Source: Lepidodermella squamata
Taxonomy: Eukaryota > Animalia > Gastrotricha
Assembly: GCA_047495785.1 (NCBI GenBank)
Contig: JBLDXI010000064.1
Coordinates: forward strand, 744,001-808,000
Reading direction: 5' to 3'
Length of the DNA: 64,000 nt
Translations under genes and position numbers: made by a program
Shown: positions 36,767-48,579 of the stretch, piece after piece
Layout of the letters: each line of letters begins with the position of its first letter
Numbering within the stretch: position 1 is the stretch's first letter
Notes under the pieces: generated by a model
What the model was told of the DNA's origin: nothing
Database searches by the model: none
Seen by the model: only the letters and a program-made list of their open reading frames with translations

Positions 36767-39700
36767 TCAACAAGACGACTTTGCTCGACTTGCTCCTCTC
36801 GACCTCAGCAAATCGGCCACATCGGTTTTGTTTATGCAAATCGCCAAATCAAGAGCTGTTTTGCCTTCTGTATTTGCGACATCCTTATTTGCGCCTCTAT
36901 CAAGCAACAGTCGAGCTACTTCGACTTCTCCACTCCGAGCCGCAATCATCAACGCCGTCCAGCCATCGTTATCCTTGGCCTCGATGGCAGCGTTGCGATC
37001 CAGCAGCAGTCGAACAGCTTCGACTTGCCCATTATAAGCCGCATGTATCAACGCCGTCCAGCCACTGTTATCCTTGGCCTCGATGGCAGCGTTGCGATCC
37101 AGCAACAGTCTAACTACTTCGACTCCCCCATACCGAGCCGCATGTATCAACGCCGTCCAGCCACTGTTATCCCTGGCCTCGATGGCAGCGTTGCGATCCA
37201 GCAACAGTCTAACTACTTTGACTTGCCCATTCAAAGCCGCATAGATCAACGCCGTCATGCCATTGTTATCCTTGGCCTCGATGGCAGCGTTGCGATCCAG
37301 CAACAGTCGAGCTACTTCGACTTGCCCATACAAAGCCGCAAGCATCAACGCTGTCGTGTTATCTTTATCCCTGGCCTCGGTCGTAACGTTGCGATCCAGC
37401 AACAGTCGAGCTACTTCTAATCGGCCATTCCGAGCAGCAGCCATCAACGCCGTCATGCCATCGTTATTCTTGGCCTCAATAGCAGCCCCGCGATCAAGCA
37501 GCAGTCGAGCTACTTCGACTTGCCCCCAACTAGCCGCAAACATCAACGCTGTCTTGTTATTGTAATTTTCCTTTAAATTCACATCGGCTCCACGATCGAC
37601 AAACAGCTGAGCGATCTGCAATCGCTGGTCGGATCGTGTCCAATTGCACGTAACACTGTGCAGCAGGGTGCCATTTGTCACATAATTCCAATTACCACAG
37701 TAAGTCGTATTTGGGTTGCGCCAGTTCGGCTCGAATTTGCCGCCTGTGGCTTCGTCGATCTCCGCAACGAGTTGCCGCACCTGCGCCACGTCGGCAGTGT
37801 TAAATGTCACATTCCACAACTGTTCGTACACTTCACGGACCTAAATTTAAAAAGACATTAGAAAAATGACGCAATAGAAAATAGATAAAAAAGACTGCGT
37901 AAATAATCCACTACATATTTAGCATACTTATTAATAATTACTAGCATAACAGACGCCCTGGTATCTATCGAAAATCGAAAAACTCGGAAAGGCTATGCAG
38001 GCGACAACGCCACACGAGATGCGAACAATGGTCAGCGAGGCGAACGTTAAGGTTAGCACGCATGCTCCCGTTAGGTCCCGCTACTTCTCTCACTGATATG
38101 CATGTGCATATCCTTCCGCGCCAAACGAAATTTGTTAAATCGGTATTGCGGCATAAAAACTGCTTTTGATTGACCATCCATTTCATTGTTTTAAACTAAT
38201 AATCACCACTAAAGAAAAGGGAACAACACGGCGAAAGGCGGCTAATGTAGACAATTCAGCCAATTAAAGTAGTAAGACAATTGCTAAGTAAGGCACTTGG
38301 TTTCAATAAAATCTCGAGAAATCGATTGAGATACGGCCTGAAAACTGAAAATTATAATGAGCTACTATTCACTCATCATTGGCTTGTATCAGATAGATCT
38401 CCTCAGCTTCAATGAATTCATCGTGTTCTCCTACAACACATTCACATCTTTGGCAGAGCTTTGGATTTGATTTACATTGTAGTCCGGCTTTGCAGGGTCA
38501 AAGTCCATTTTATTCATCACATGTGTTTTTATCGTTTATATAATGTGCCACTGGTGGTGCGGTCGTGAGGTGGCGAGGTGGTATTTTTTTGTACTCTTGC
38601 CTCACTGTTGTCAAATGATTTACCCCATTTATGCACAATAATAATCGCGCCTTGCCGTATGTGTACCATAAAAGTCCGCCCCACATTCATACTGACCTGA
38701 GCTATCGCAAATGATAATGGGCTTTTATAATCAAAACAACGCAAGTCGCGTCTTCTAATTACCCCTGATGTGACACAAAAAGCAGTTGCGACGACAGGAA
38801 AATACGATATATATGATATAAAATGGGTAAACTGTGTGTTTTCGTTTTGTAAAATGCCCGCTGCTTACAGTTTTGAGGTGAGCGTTGACTTGGACTCGAT
38901 AAAGCACCGTTTGGAGCGGATGCCAGCTTCGATTACTGATGTGCAGATTCGTACTCGTAGAGCGCGAGCTGAATTGGCGCAGACTCTTGCTTTGAAGACT
39001 CTACCTTCTACATGGCCATTTTCGCAGATAATGAATGGGGCCATTATGAAATCGGCCAAATTAACCATCGAGTATGATGACATTGGGGTTGTGGAAATCG
39101 AAGTACCCAGCGAAAAGCCAGCTAAATCTAGGGAAAGCGCAAACAATCGTGCTAAAAGGTTATAGAAATTGTCAAGTTATCGAATTTTATTAAATATTTA
39201 TTACTCTAGTCTCGTGATTCTGGGATTGCGTTACGGAATTAACGCCAGCAAGTTGCTAGCAATGCGTCGTTCCATTGGTTTCGAGTCAGTGTCAAAAGAT
39301 TTATTCTATAAAGTTAGGAACGAGCTGGCTGTTTTGCACCCTATAAGCACGATAAGCGACGGAAAGGCGGCTTTCCGATCGGTATTTTCGCTTGCCAGTA
39401 CTTGGGCCCGTAAAGGTGAGTTGAAACCGTCGGTCACTAACGACATTCGACTCCAGGTATAAATAAATTAAAATTCGAGGTAGAATTGAAACTTTATAAG
39501 TGACTGTTTAAGGTGGATGGGATGGCGAGCCGGACGAATTACGCTGACCCCCTTGTCACCGCCTATGTCTGTGTGGCGAGCAGGAAAAGGAAAGCCGGGA
39601 TCGATAATGAAGACCAATTGGCTGTCTATAATGATAACGAGTCAGCGAGTAATTTTCGAGAATATTTACAACCCCCTGTCGACGAGCTTGTAAAACTGGT

Positions 39701-42700
39701 CGAGCAAGGCATAACAGTCGACGGAAAAAGCTACAGTTTCAGACTGCTGACCTGCTGTGATTACCCGGCGCTGGTAAAAATATTTGGCTGTGGTCATCAG
39801 TCGAGTGAAAATCGTTGTGTTATTTGCGAGATGAGCGTCTGAAACCCAACTTTGCCAGCTAAAAGACGCAAGTTCGATGAATATTCGGCCGAAATGGCTG
39901 GGAAGCTGGGGTGGTCGGAAGATTTCGGGCCTATGATTCGGCTAAGCGAGGACAAATTGCTGATAATACCGGACTTCTTCCATCTTCAAGTCAATATTGC
40001 GAAACCACTGATTACCCAGGTTAGCATAGCAAGCGGAAAACTCTTCGAAAAGACATTTCATCCGAAAAATAACTTTAGGTTCTCGGAAAGTTGAGAGCGT
40101 TCAGTCAACGCGAAGCAATCAAAAAAGTCATCGAATTCTTGAAGATTGGGTCGAATTACAAATCATCAGCGGCTTCTTCAAGACGGATCAAGCGAACTCC
40201 GAAAAACTCGAAGCTGTCTATTGACGTCCGCCGAACTTTGAAGGGGAAAGTCAAAGTCAGCATTAAAAATTCGAATCACTACGGCGTTGTTCAGGTAGAA
40301 TTGTGGTAGAGTGAAAATAAAACTTAATTTTGGATTTAAAATTTCAGGCATTCAAGCGATTTACTGAACATATGAGCCAAAATTCGTTGACTGATGCGTT
40401 TTTCTTGCCAAAAAATTGGCAGAGAAAGAAAGTTTTCGGAAAAGTGAAGTCATCTGCCCGAATCAAAGAAAACGACTTTCTTACTTCTTTAGCCGGTCTT
40501 CGGAAGCTTTGCATCGCATCATGTGCCGCGTTTGACGATATCAAGGAAAATCGGAAAAAAGGAAAGGGCAAGTTCTTCATGCCGCGTTATGCATCGCTCT
40601 GGAAGACGCATGTTGGTCCTGTCACGTCATACGCACATCTCCTTTCGAGCCACACATACGAGCTGTTGAAACGAAATATTAATCTGGCCGCTTTGTCCGC
40701 TGAAAGCATCGAACTACTCATCAAAGAGCTGCGCGCAACAGTTAGCAGTCAAACTTCTAATTTCTGGCCGTTGTCTTCTCAGCTCATGAGAATTCAGAAC
40801 ATGAAAGACAATCTGAAAATTTGATACTTCAATTTTGTCAGCTTTACTTCTCATTTCAAGTTTTAATTTTTAAAAGTAAAATTCGAAAATGTAGAAAGAA
40901 TGTTTTTTATTCAGCCTCTACTCTTGAACTCATCATCATCAGATAACACGGCAAAATATCATCTTTTCGTGTACACATACTCATCTCGAGCTCGATCGAA
41001 ATGCAATTCATATTTATCTTGTGCGGACCAGACGAAAGAAAAAAGCCCGGCTCGGCAGAGCTCATCGAGTTTCGAAATTTGCCGGCAGATTGCGTTTTGG
41101 CTTCTGCCAAGTTCAGCATCAAGGTTTTTATCGGACAGAGTAATCCGCATCCAGAATTTTAATAAGCTTTTGGGAGCAGTCGCCAATTTACCGCGTTTCG
41201 TGTAGAAGGCGAACACATGTCGCAATCGATTCCGGTCGCTAAAGGTCCACTCAACGCGTGAATTCGCGGCATGAACTATATAAATTCGGACTATTTAGGA
41301 CTCTCAGTGTCAAGTATTTCCAGATACTAACCTTTGTCAAACCGCTTTGACACCGCCCTGATGTAGTTCCAAGAGCCATAACTTGCCGTAGAAACCGAAG
41401 AGTCGAGCGTTGTATCGCTGATTTCGATGGGCTCGATTTGCTCGGCTTGATGCGCGCCTGCTTGTTCCTGCTGTCCAAATTCCTCATGAAGAAACGATTC
41501 ATCGCCTTCATTTTCCGATAAACCGGTTTCAGACTGCTGATTATTTTTCGATTTGGCGAACATTGATCGAATATCGGCCTGTTTTTCAAAGCGATTGTGC
41601 TGTTGTTGCTGATGATGAGCAGCTCTGCGCTCACTCCTGCGTTGCCTTTTTCGCCGATTGCGTGATCGCGATTTCGCAGTTTCACTCATTTTATTCAGAT
41701 GAATTTCGCAAATAGCTCGAAAAACGAATGGCTTTACGACTGATAAAAATAACAAGTGAACGACTGCACGACCTCACCACCGCACCACCAGCGCGCATAG
41801 CTAAACATAAGACTACTACACACATGATATATAGCAATAATAATTGCACATGAATCATCTAGGTCACTCTGCAAAACCCGGACTTGTATGTAATTTGATT
41901 TACCGCTTAAAACACGGGCCTCCTTCAATTAATCAAGATCAATCGTTGTCCCACGCTAGTACGGGACTAAATCAATCAAATCAAATCATGAAATAGGGAA
42001 CCTTAAGACCATTAAATTAAGACCTTGAGGCCATTAAATTCGTTTAGCGCCTGAATACCGTATTTTATTGAATAGTATCTCGGGTTATCATTTTTTCTGA
42101 ACACGAAAAGTAGTAAAAATATCGGGTAATTATTTGAGGGGGCTTTTGTTTAAGGCAGGCTATTATTTATTCTAAAACGTGAAATCATCACTTCAACCGA
42201 CATTTTTAGTCATCAGCTTGAATATACTCCTCTTTCCTCTTTGGCGCAGTAATTAAGCTTGAATCACCGTAGTTACCGTCCTCGATTTCGCAGTTTCTCT
42301 TCTCTACGCCCCAATGTTTTCTTCTGGCACGCTAGCCACCTCTCCCATTCTTTCCTTGAGCTGATCACACGAGACACTAGACCTATGTGGTATGTGGCTA
42401 TTTACCTCTGGACCCAATATTGGATGCATTTTGGGCCTATTTTTGTTTTCGGAGACAGCTTTTTGCAAAGCTTCGAGCGACTGCGAAGTGAATTTGACGG
42501 AACAGCCCAATTTGCACTTGCATTTTGTCAGCTGAGCTACGGTTTCGAATAACCAACCCTGTTTACTTCAAACTAATTCCTCTCTAACGTGCGTAACTCC
42601 CAATCTCAATCGTTTGGTCTCTTCAACGAACCAGCGGTTCTGTCGATTTGGACGTATAGGGATTACATTCCAGAAATCTTTTTGATCAGCTTTACGAAGT

Positions 42701-44980
42701 ATTTCATCTTTCAACGTGTACTCGTTTTCGCGACTGAAAGCCCACTCTCCCTGCTACAACAATGTCGACTAATGGCTTGCAGTATTCGCCAGTCACATCG
42801 AAAATCGTCGAAAAACATGTAACATCTGCGGCGAGGCGCCTCGAAATCACATACTGCTGATCATAGAAATGTACCATTTGCTAACTGTTCATAACAATTT
42901 GCAATTTGCAATTGACCGGAATAGATGCTTCACACCGGAGCTATTTGCCACAATCATTTCGGAAACTCGAATAAGCAAATGAAGCAAAGTGCGAAGAGAA
43001 AATTTCGCAAACAGTGGCGCTTCGCTCTTAGCAGCAGTCTTCCGTTTGGCATAATAATCTAGATATGTTGACAATTACTGGAATGAGGCTGGAAGATCTC
43101 GTGTTCTTTTTACTCTGATTTCACTGATTTCACATTCCACTATTGTAACACTATGTCGACTTAACCTACGACAAGTTTCATTTAGTGAAAAACTTACAGG
43201 TCTTCGCTGACTCGAGACGCAGGAACCAGGCTGGGACCAGGTTGCGTTCAAGAGGCACGATACGGCAGCATTTCCTCGGAGCTCGAAATTCGGGTTGCAT
43301 GATATGGATCGAGTGGCTCCGACGCTCGTCAGACCAGGAGATACACCGCCATTTTGTATCGTAGGCGGCTGTCCACAAACTTTATACGGTAATTTGTTAG
43401 AAGAATCAACAGTGAGTGGAAAATGAGTCACCTGCTGTTTCACAGCTCCCAGCTGCAGACCATGTGCCGTTTGCTTGGCACTGACTTGTTCCCAGGCCAA
43501 TGACTTTGAAGCCTGGATTGCAGACCAACGTCATTGTGGACAAGTACGCTGTCGATCTGTTGGAGCTCGTCAAATAGCCGTTACTTATTACAGGGGCGGG
43601 GCCGCAGTCTTCATCATACTTGTGGAGAATCAGTTTAGAAGAGTTGCTATTACTTACTTAACGGGTTACACCTGCCATTTATCAGCGGTCGAAATGGAGG
43701 TACGCACAGGGCGATCGAAACAGAAGACGAATAGTTGTACCCAGGGTTGCATTTCACGCTAACAGCCCCTCCTCTTTCCACTGCAGCTCCAGGCCTCAGA
43801 ACTGCGCCAGTATCTTCTGATGTTTTAGGATCCACTCGGGTCACAAATCCCGCCGACACGTTAGGCACGGGGCAAGACTGCTCCGGAGTACTCACGGTAG
43901 TCTGGCTTCGAACATCTGTGTTGTCGGAAATCCAATCGAGAACCTTGCAGACTCTGCTGTAGATGCCAGGAGTGTATCCGTTGCATGAATCATCGCCATT
44001 CGAAATAATGCCTAGTAGGTAAATCTGTCTCGATTTCAAACACATGAGAGGGCCTCCAGAATCCCCGAAACAGACGTCGCTGTCGTCGGCGGCAAAGCAC
44101 ATCTTCGAATCTGTGATGGTGACCGCGTCAGAGCGGCCTCGCGAATATTCCATTGAGCAGTTTCGGTACGATCGAACTTGAAGATCCAGCTTCCTCGGGA
44201 TCTCTGATAATCTGGCTAGAATACAAGAGACAGATTAGAAAAACGTAGAACGGGGCTGGAATGATGTCAAATTGACAAAACATACTGTATGCAAAGTGTC
44301 CCCAGCCAACGGCAACTGCTGAATCGCATCCGTCGATCGAATATGCAGTGACAGAGTTGGCCCGGCACATGGTTGCTGCGTCGGGCAAACAAATCGGTTT
44401 GATCTGCTGCGAGAATCTGGTAACTGGGGTCGTCAGGCGCAGAAGAGCGAAATCAAAGTCGTAGAAATTCTGACTCCCTTTGTAAAGCGGATGCACTAAT
44501 GGAGGCAGCGACACGAGAGATTCGTAAGAGCCCGTCTCAGACCGGAAACTGATATTGTGGCGACCTAGTAGGGCTTTGATCCTAGGCACAGATAAGAGAT
44601 TGGACCATCAAACAGGGCAAAACAACGGGAAAATCTTACAAAATCGGAGTTTCTCCGGCATCCCAAACACAATGCGCAGCTGTAATCAGCCATTGCCTCG
44701 AGATGAGAGAAGCTCCGCAGTACGAAGCTGATGTTTCACCGTTTTTGTACATTTCAAGAAAGACCTATGGCGACATCCTGTTTGTGTTAAATTGCATTAA
44801 CATTGTATTGAAACAAACCAGCCATGGGTAGTCGTTTGGTCCTGCTGGATGGCTGCCAGGGCCTCGCGATTTCGCCATAGCCGTGGGGTTTACAGCACCA
44901 CATTCGGCATTGTCTTGAGCAAAGACTACTCCGGATACCAGCCCAAGGAAGGCAATTATCCTAGCTGTAACAAGGTGCAT
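36767..44980 (-). CDS. Predicted signal peptide-trypsin-CCPx3-ankyrin array protein, unit 2 (~857 aa); exons 44980-44819, 44764-44640, 44581-44286, 44215-43658, 43608-43432, 43379-43198, 37840-36767
   Basis: All six introns GT-AG with compatible phases; total 2574 nt, open; catalytic H/D/S intact; the last splice across 5.4 kb is inferred. Confidence 0.7.
38854..40824 (+). pseudogene. RAG1/Transib-like DDE transposase (~583 codons); exons 38854-39158, 39210-39456, 39513-40019, 40079-40294, 40348-40824; one in-frame TGA at 39840
   Basis: Ordered motifs VDGM, CCDYP, CVIC, DFFH, YAHLLSSH, SAESIE resemble RAG1 core CDGM, GYDEK, CTLC, DALH, YFHKTLAH, SEGNE. Confidence 0.65.
40959..41689 (-). CDS. 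Unknown 224-aa protein, convergent partner of the transposase; exons 41689-41332, 41275-40959
   Basis: Phase-1 intron joins two ORFs in frame; basic NLS-like N-terminus, acidic linker, helical C-terminal domain (EWTFSDRNRL). Confidence 0.6.
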
Positions 44981-45160
44981 TTTGTCAATTGCACAAGAAA
45001 TTCTGAGGTAGAGCTACTAAAATGGCTTGATAAAACCTTCTTCGTGCGCGCATAAACGTGCAGCTTTCTCTTTAAAGAGTATGTTTCTATTATTATGAAG
45101 TTTTTATTCGTGTTTACATCTCTGTTTGTAGTTTGTAATAATATGATGAGATACATGTAA

Positions 45161-46087
45161 AGGTGGGTTCACAGACTCGGCGACAGGGCGACACGACAGG
45201 GTGGCGACGCGACAACTAAAATGTCGCGCGCGATTATCGCGAGGGTGTTCACAGACTCGACGGTGTCGCGTGAGTCGCGCGTGTCGCATCAGCGTCGCTG
45301 GCGACTTATCGCGAGGGTGTTCACAGACTGGGCGATCTGTCGCGCGCTCTAACAATAGCGTTGCGTAACAGCTGGCGACGTCGAAAACAATGGATGTTGT
45401 CGCTTGTCGCAGCAACTGGCTCGAAAATAGGGGATTTTCGACCTCGCGACGCGACAAGGCGACAAGGTGTGTGATCAAAGTATAGAGGCCGCGGCGATTA
45501 ATTTTCCTGATTTTTCAGAACGGGGTAAAAAATGCGGCGAATATTTAGATGCGGCGATTATTCGAGTGCGGTCTTTATTTTCTTTAATGACAGTTTATTC
45601 ACCAGTAGACAGGTGTAACAGGTGCGCCAGAGGGCGGTTTTTACTGTAATCAAAATTTGCAGCTAGCGCAATGAGTTTACATATCCGCTAAGAAATACGG
45701 ATAATCCGCCTACTCGGAGTCACCTATGTGTCTCATTGAGGGTGACTGCTAAACGCTGGTAAGTGCGGCGATTATTCGCGCGCGGCCTTTATTATTGCCA
45801 AATTGTTGAAAATGGGATGTTATTGCGGCGATTACTCGAGTGCGGCCTTCATACTGTAGTTTACGGTACCCAATGAAGAAATGAAGTACTACGACGAGGA
45901 GGAATAAAATAAGGCTGCTTCTATTACAATTTCTTATAATTTCGCACAATGGGTTTGTCGCGCGACAGCGTGTCTCAACCGTGACTATCTATGTGAGTCG
46001 CTCGGCTGTTTCAGCGCGACAAGTGCGCGACAGTCGCGATGTCGCGCGCGACAGTGTCGCCCTGTCGCCGAGTCTGTGAACCCACCT
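45161..46087. mobile_element. PIF/Harbinger (Tourist-like) MITE upstream of unit 2 protease
   Basis: TIR aggtgggttcacagactcggcgacagggcgacac; TAA TSD; absent from the homologous unit 1 flank (~30060-30220). Confidence 0.85.
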
Positions 46088-46129
46088 TAAGATTTCAAAG
46101 CCTGAGATGGCAAAGCGGAGAATACTCTG

Positions 46130-46250
46130 CGGCTAGGTTTGAAACATCCTGCATCCTGTTAAAATAACCTAATGTAACGGCCAGGTCTGCGTATTACTAG
46201 AAATTATTCTGTCCGCCTTCATCAAACCGCTTAAGCCTGGGTCAAACTTT
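46130..46250 (+). pseudogene. GPCR exon-3 remnant
   Basis: GQVCVLLEIILSAFIKPLKPG. Confidence 0.55.
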
Positions 46251-46729
46251 CCGTGGCTGGGCGCCAAGTGGCGGGCATTTACTATCCTCATTAAGGCATC
46301 TCGAAAACAAAATGGGCCAGCAAAAATTGTGCCCACTAATAATATGCTTTAGTAACGAATAAAGAAGGACTAATTTTCACACGTTGTTTTTTCTCTCAAT
46401 TTGTTGTTTCTCTTACAGGGACAACATTTGTTTCGTGCTTTGAGCAGTCGAGAAAGTCCAGTATGCGGAAGCCTTCGTGTCGTTGTTCAACTTGGTTCCT
46501 CGAAGCGTGCTAGCGCGGTCTGGAAGTTCTTTACTCACCAGCCGTAGAGAAGTTGTTTTTCCCCACTCGATAGTGTTCCTATTTTCTCTTCATGGAAATC
46601 GAACTTAGTTTCATCTGACATCCCGCCCGCGGAATTGTACATCGCCTTTCCTGGGATTGCTAATACTCACCTGCGCTAAAGTGTCAGTTCTCACTGATTT
46701 GGCAGTTTTCTAGATGTATTGTCTAGTGT

Positions 46730-46860
46730 ACTCTGATCCTGTCGACAGCCTGGTCGTAGCCCTTGCTTACTTTCTTTTCGCGTCTCAGGCCGCCTGCTCA
46801 GGCCTGGCGTACAACTACTGGAAGATTTTCCAAACTATCCGGGTCGCTCGTCTCAGATCA
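46730..46860 (+). pseudogene. GPCR remnant spanning the exon 2/3 junction without an intron
   Basis: DSLVVALAYFLFASQAACSGLAYNYWKIFQTIRVARLR is contiguous. Confidence 0.7.
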
Positions 46861-48001
46861 AGACGTTGTTGGTCCCAGTAGCCGCAGAACTCTCACTGAG
46901 GCTAATTCACAGGTCAAAACTTTACATTTATGACTTCTATTTTTATGATTGGATATTTCAACTATGACTCGCTTTTTCCCGTTCATTACTAACAAACCGT
47001 TGTGAATTTTACGAAAAGTAGGACAGCAATTCATATCACCATTCATCTGATAACGAGGAATCGAATTTAATGCGAATTAAGTAAAATCGGGGAGAAGGGA
47101 GAAACTGCGTCTGGGTTGCTCTCAGCTTTCCGCCGCCCGTGCACCCTCACGAAAACAGGAAGGTGACATTTCACTGCGAAGTAGATCCTTTTGTCTTTTC
47201 ATGTGGCTAATGCTTTCTAGACATCGAAACAGTAGTTAATGTAAATGAGCTTGGCTGCTGGCTAGACTCAATACTCCAAGAAGTGAAGCCAGTGTGAGAA
47301 CGAAAAGGGGCCTCGAGAAAACCCGGTCCAGGCGAGAAAACCCGAAAAAACCCAAATTTGTCCGAAAATTACTGAAAGTACCCCTGGATCGAGAAACATG
47401 AACATACACACGCTTGTTTGTATCACGGCAAATCTTTGTTATGCCTAATTAGAGCAGCATTAATACCAATACCTTTCATGGTCAACTGTTGAGAGGAAGA
47501 CCGACTTCACAAAATTCAGCGGAAATTATTTGCTGAACAGAATAAAAACTGCGGATCTCGGCGCCATTTCAGGGCAGTTGTTTCTTGGTTGAGGCTTTCT
47601 ACAACTGACGCCTTCCTTTTGAAACGTGGATTACTTAACCCACTGCCAAACTGATGACAGATGATGATGATGACGAGTTATTCAACGACGCCAACGATAT
47701 CATCTTGCACTTGATGAATACCTTCAGCAGAGCTGTGATTGATTATAGTTTTAGTTTTATGCATTCAAGAATATGCGTAGTTTCCTTCAAAGTTTACCGT
47801 CCTTCAAGTTTCCTTCAGGTTCAACATGTACCGCTATTAAAACTATGTTGAGAAGTGGGTGGACATCTTCCTGTCGTTCGCCAGCAAAAACAGTGTCAAA
47901 GCTGGGAGGGGCACCTTGAAGCAAATTGATGCTCGAAGCGACTTCCTTTCCTGTCTACTTGTTCTCGAAATATTTTTATTTAAAAAGAGTCAATCCATCG
48001 A

Positions 48002-48232
48002 ATGTCGCAGATGAATGCAAGTGTGCTGCCAGGAGGCACGTGGCTCGTCGCCGATGTGCCTCGAAGCGATCGCGACGGACCAAGGCCGTATTTCGTTGGC
48101 TTGGTTCACGACCTAAGCACTAGCTCAATGGTTGACCGTTTCTATGTGCAGTGCTCGCCGTTTTCGCCGTTTCCGCTAGCCTGGCTAACCAAACCATCGG
48201 CATACATCGTCCTCACAATGGGTGTTCTCTAA
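48002..48232 (+). pseudogene. GPCR exon-1 remnant
   Basis: LPGGTWLVADVP...RPYFVGLVHDLS. Confidence 0.7.
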
Positions 48233-48579
48233 TTCCTTTGGTTCAATCATGGATTTCGCAACTCCAATTAAATTTTATAATTTTCTCCCGCCAGACCGAG
48301 CTGGCACCCCTGTACTTCGCACCCTGGCCGGAACGTCCTACTTAAAATCTCTAAATAATGAAACGAGAATTACTAGGTGAATGCGATATTTGGATCCAAA
48401 TCCTGGCTCCGGGAAAATTTCTTTTATTTCGGGTCGACGATGCCTCGTAGGGCAGAGACTTTTTTACTTGTCACTTATTCACCTTTAAATGGATGTAAAT
48501 AAGCCTAAATTCGAGTTATTCAACGATAAACTAATAATATATTAATCTAATATATTAATCTTGGTGTACCGCCAAGGAG

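Larger units (their letters stand above)
38520..41826. mobile_element. Two-gene DNA transposon with imperfect ~55-bp TIRs and putative CATG TSD
   Basis: ctggtggtgcggtcgtgaggt (38551) is inverted at 41771-41791; CATG at 38520 and 41823. Confidence 0.6.

Noticed and set aside
36752-37565. Long antisense ORFs over the ankyrin and GPCR exons
   Set aside because: Shadow frames of repetitive or biased coding sequence
37841-43197. V(D)J-like rearrangement of ankyrin repeats by the RAG1-like gene
   Set aside because: No RSS heptamer/nonamer noticed around the repeats, the exons are pre-assembled, the transposase has a stop codon and it is present in only one unit
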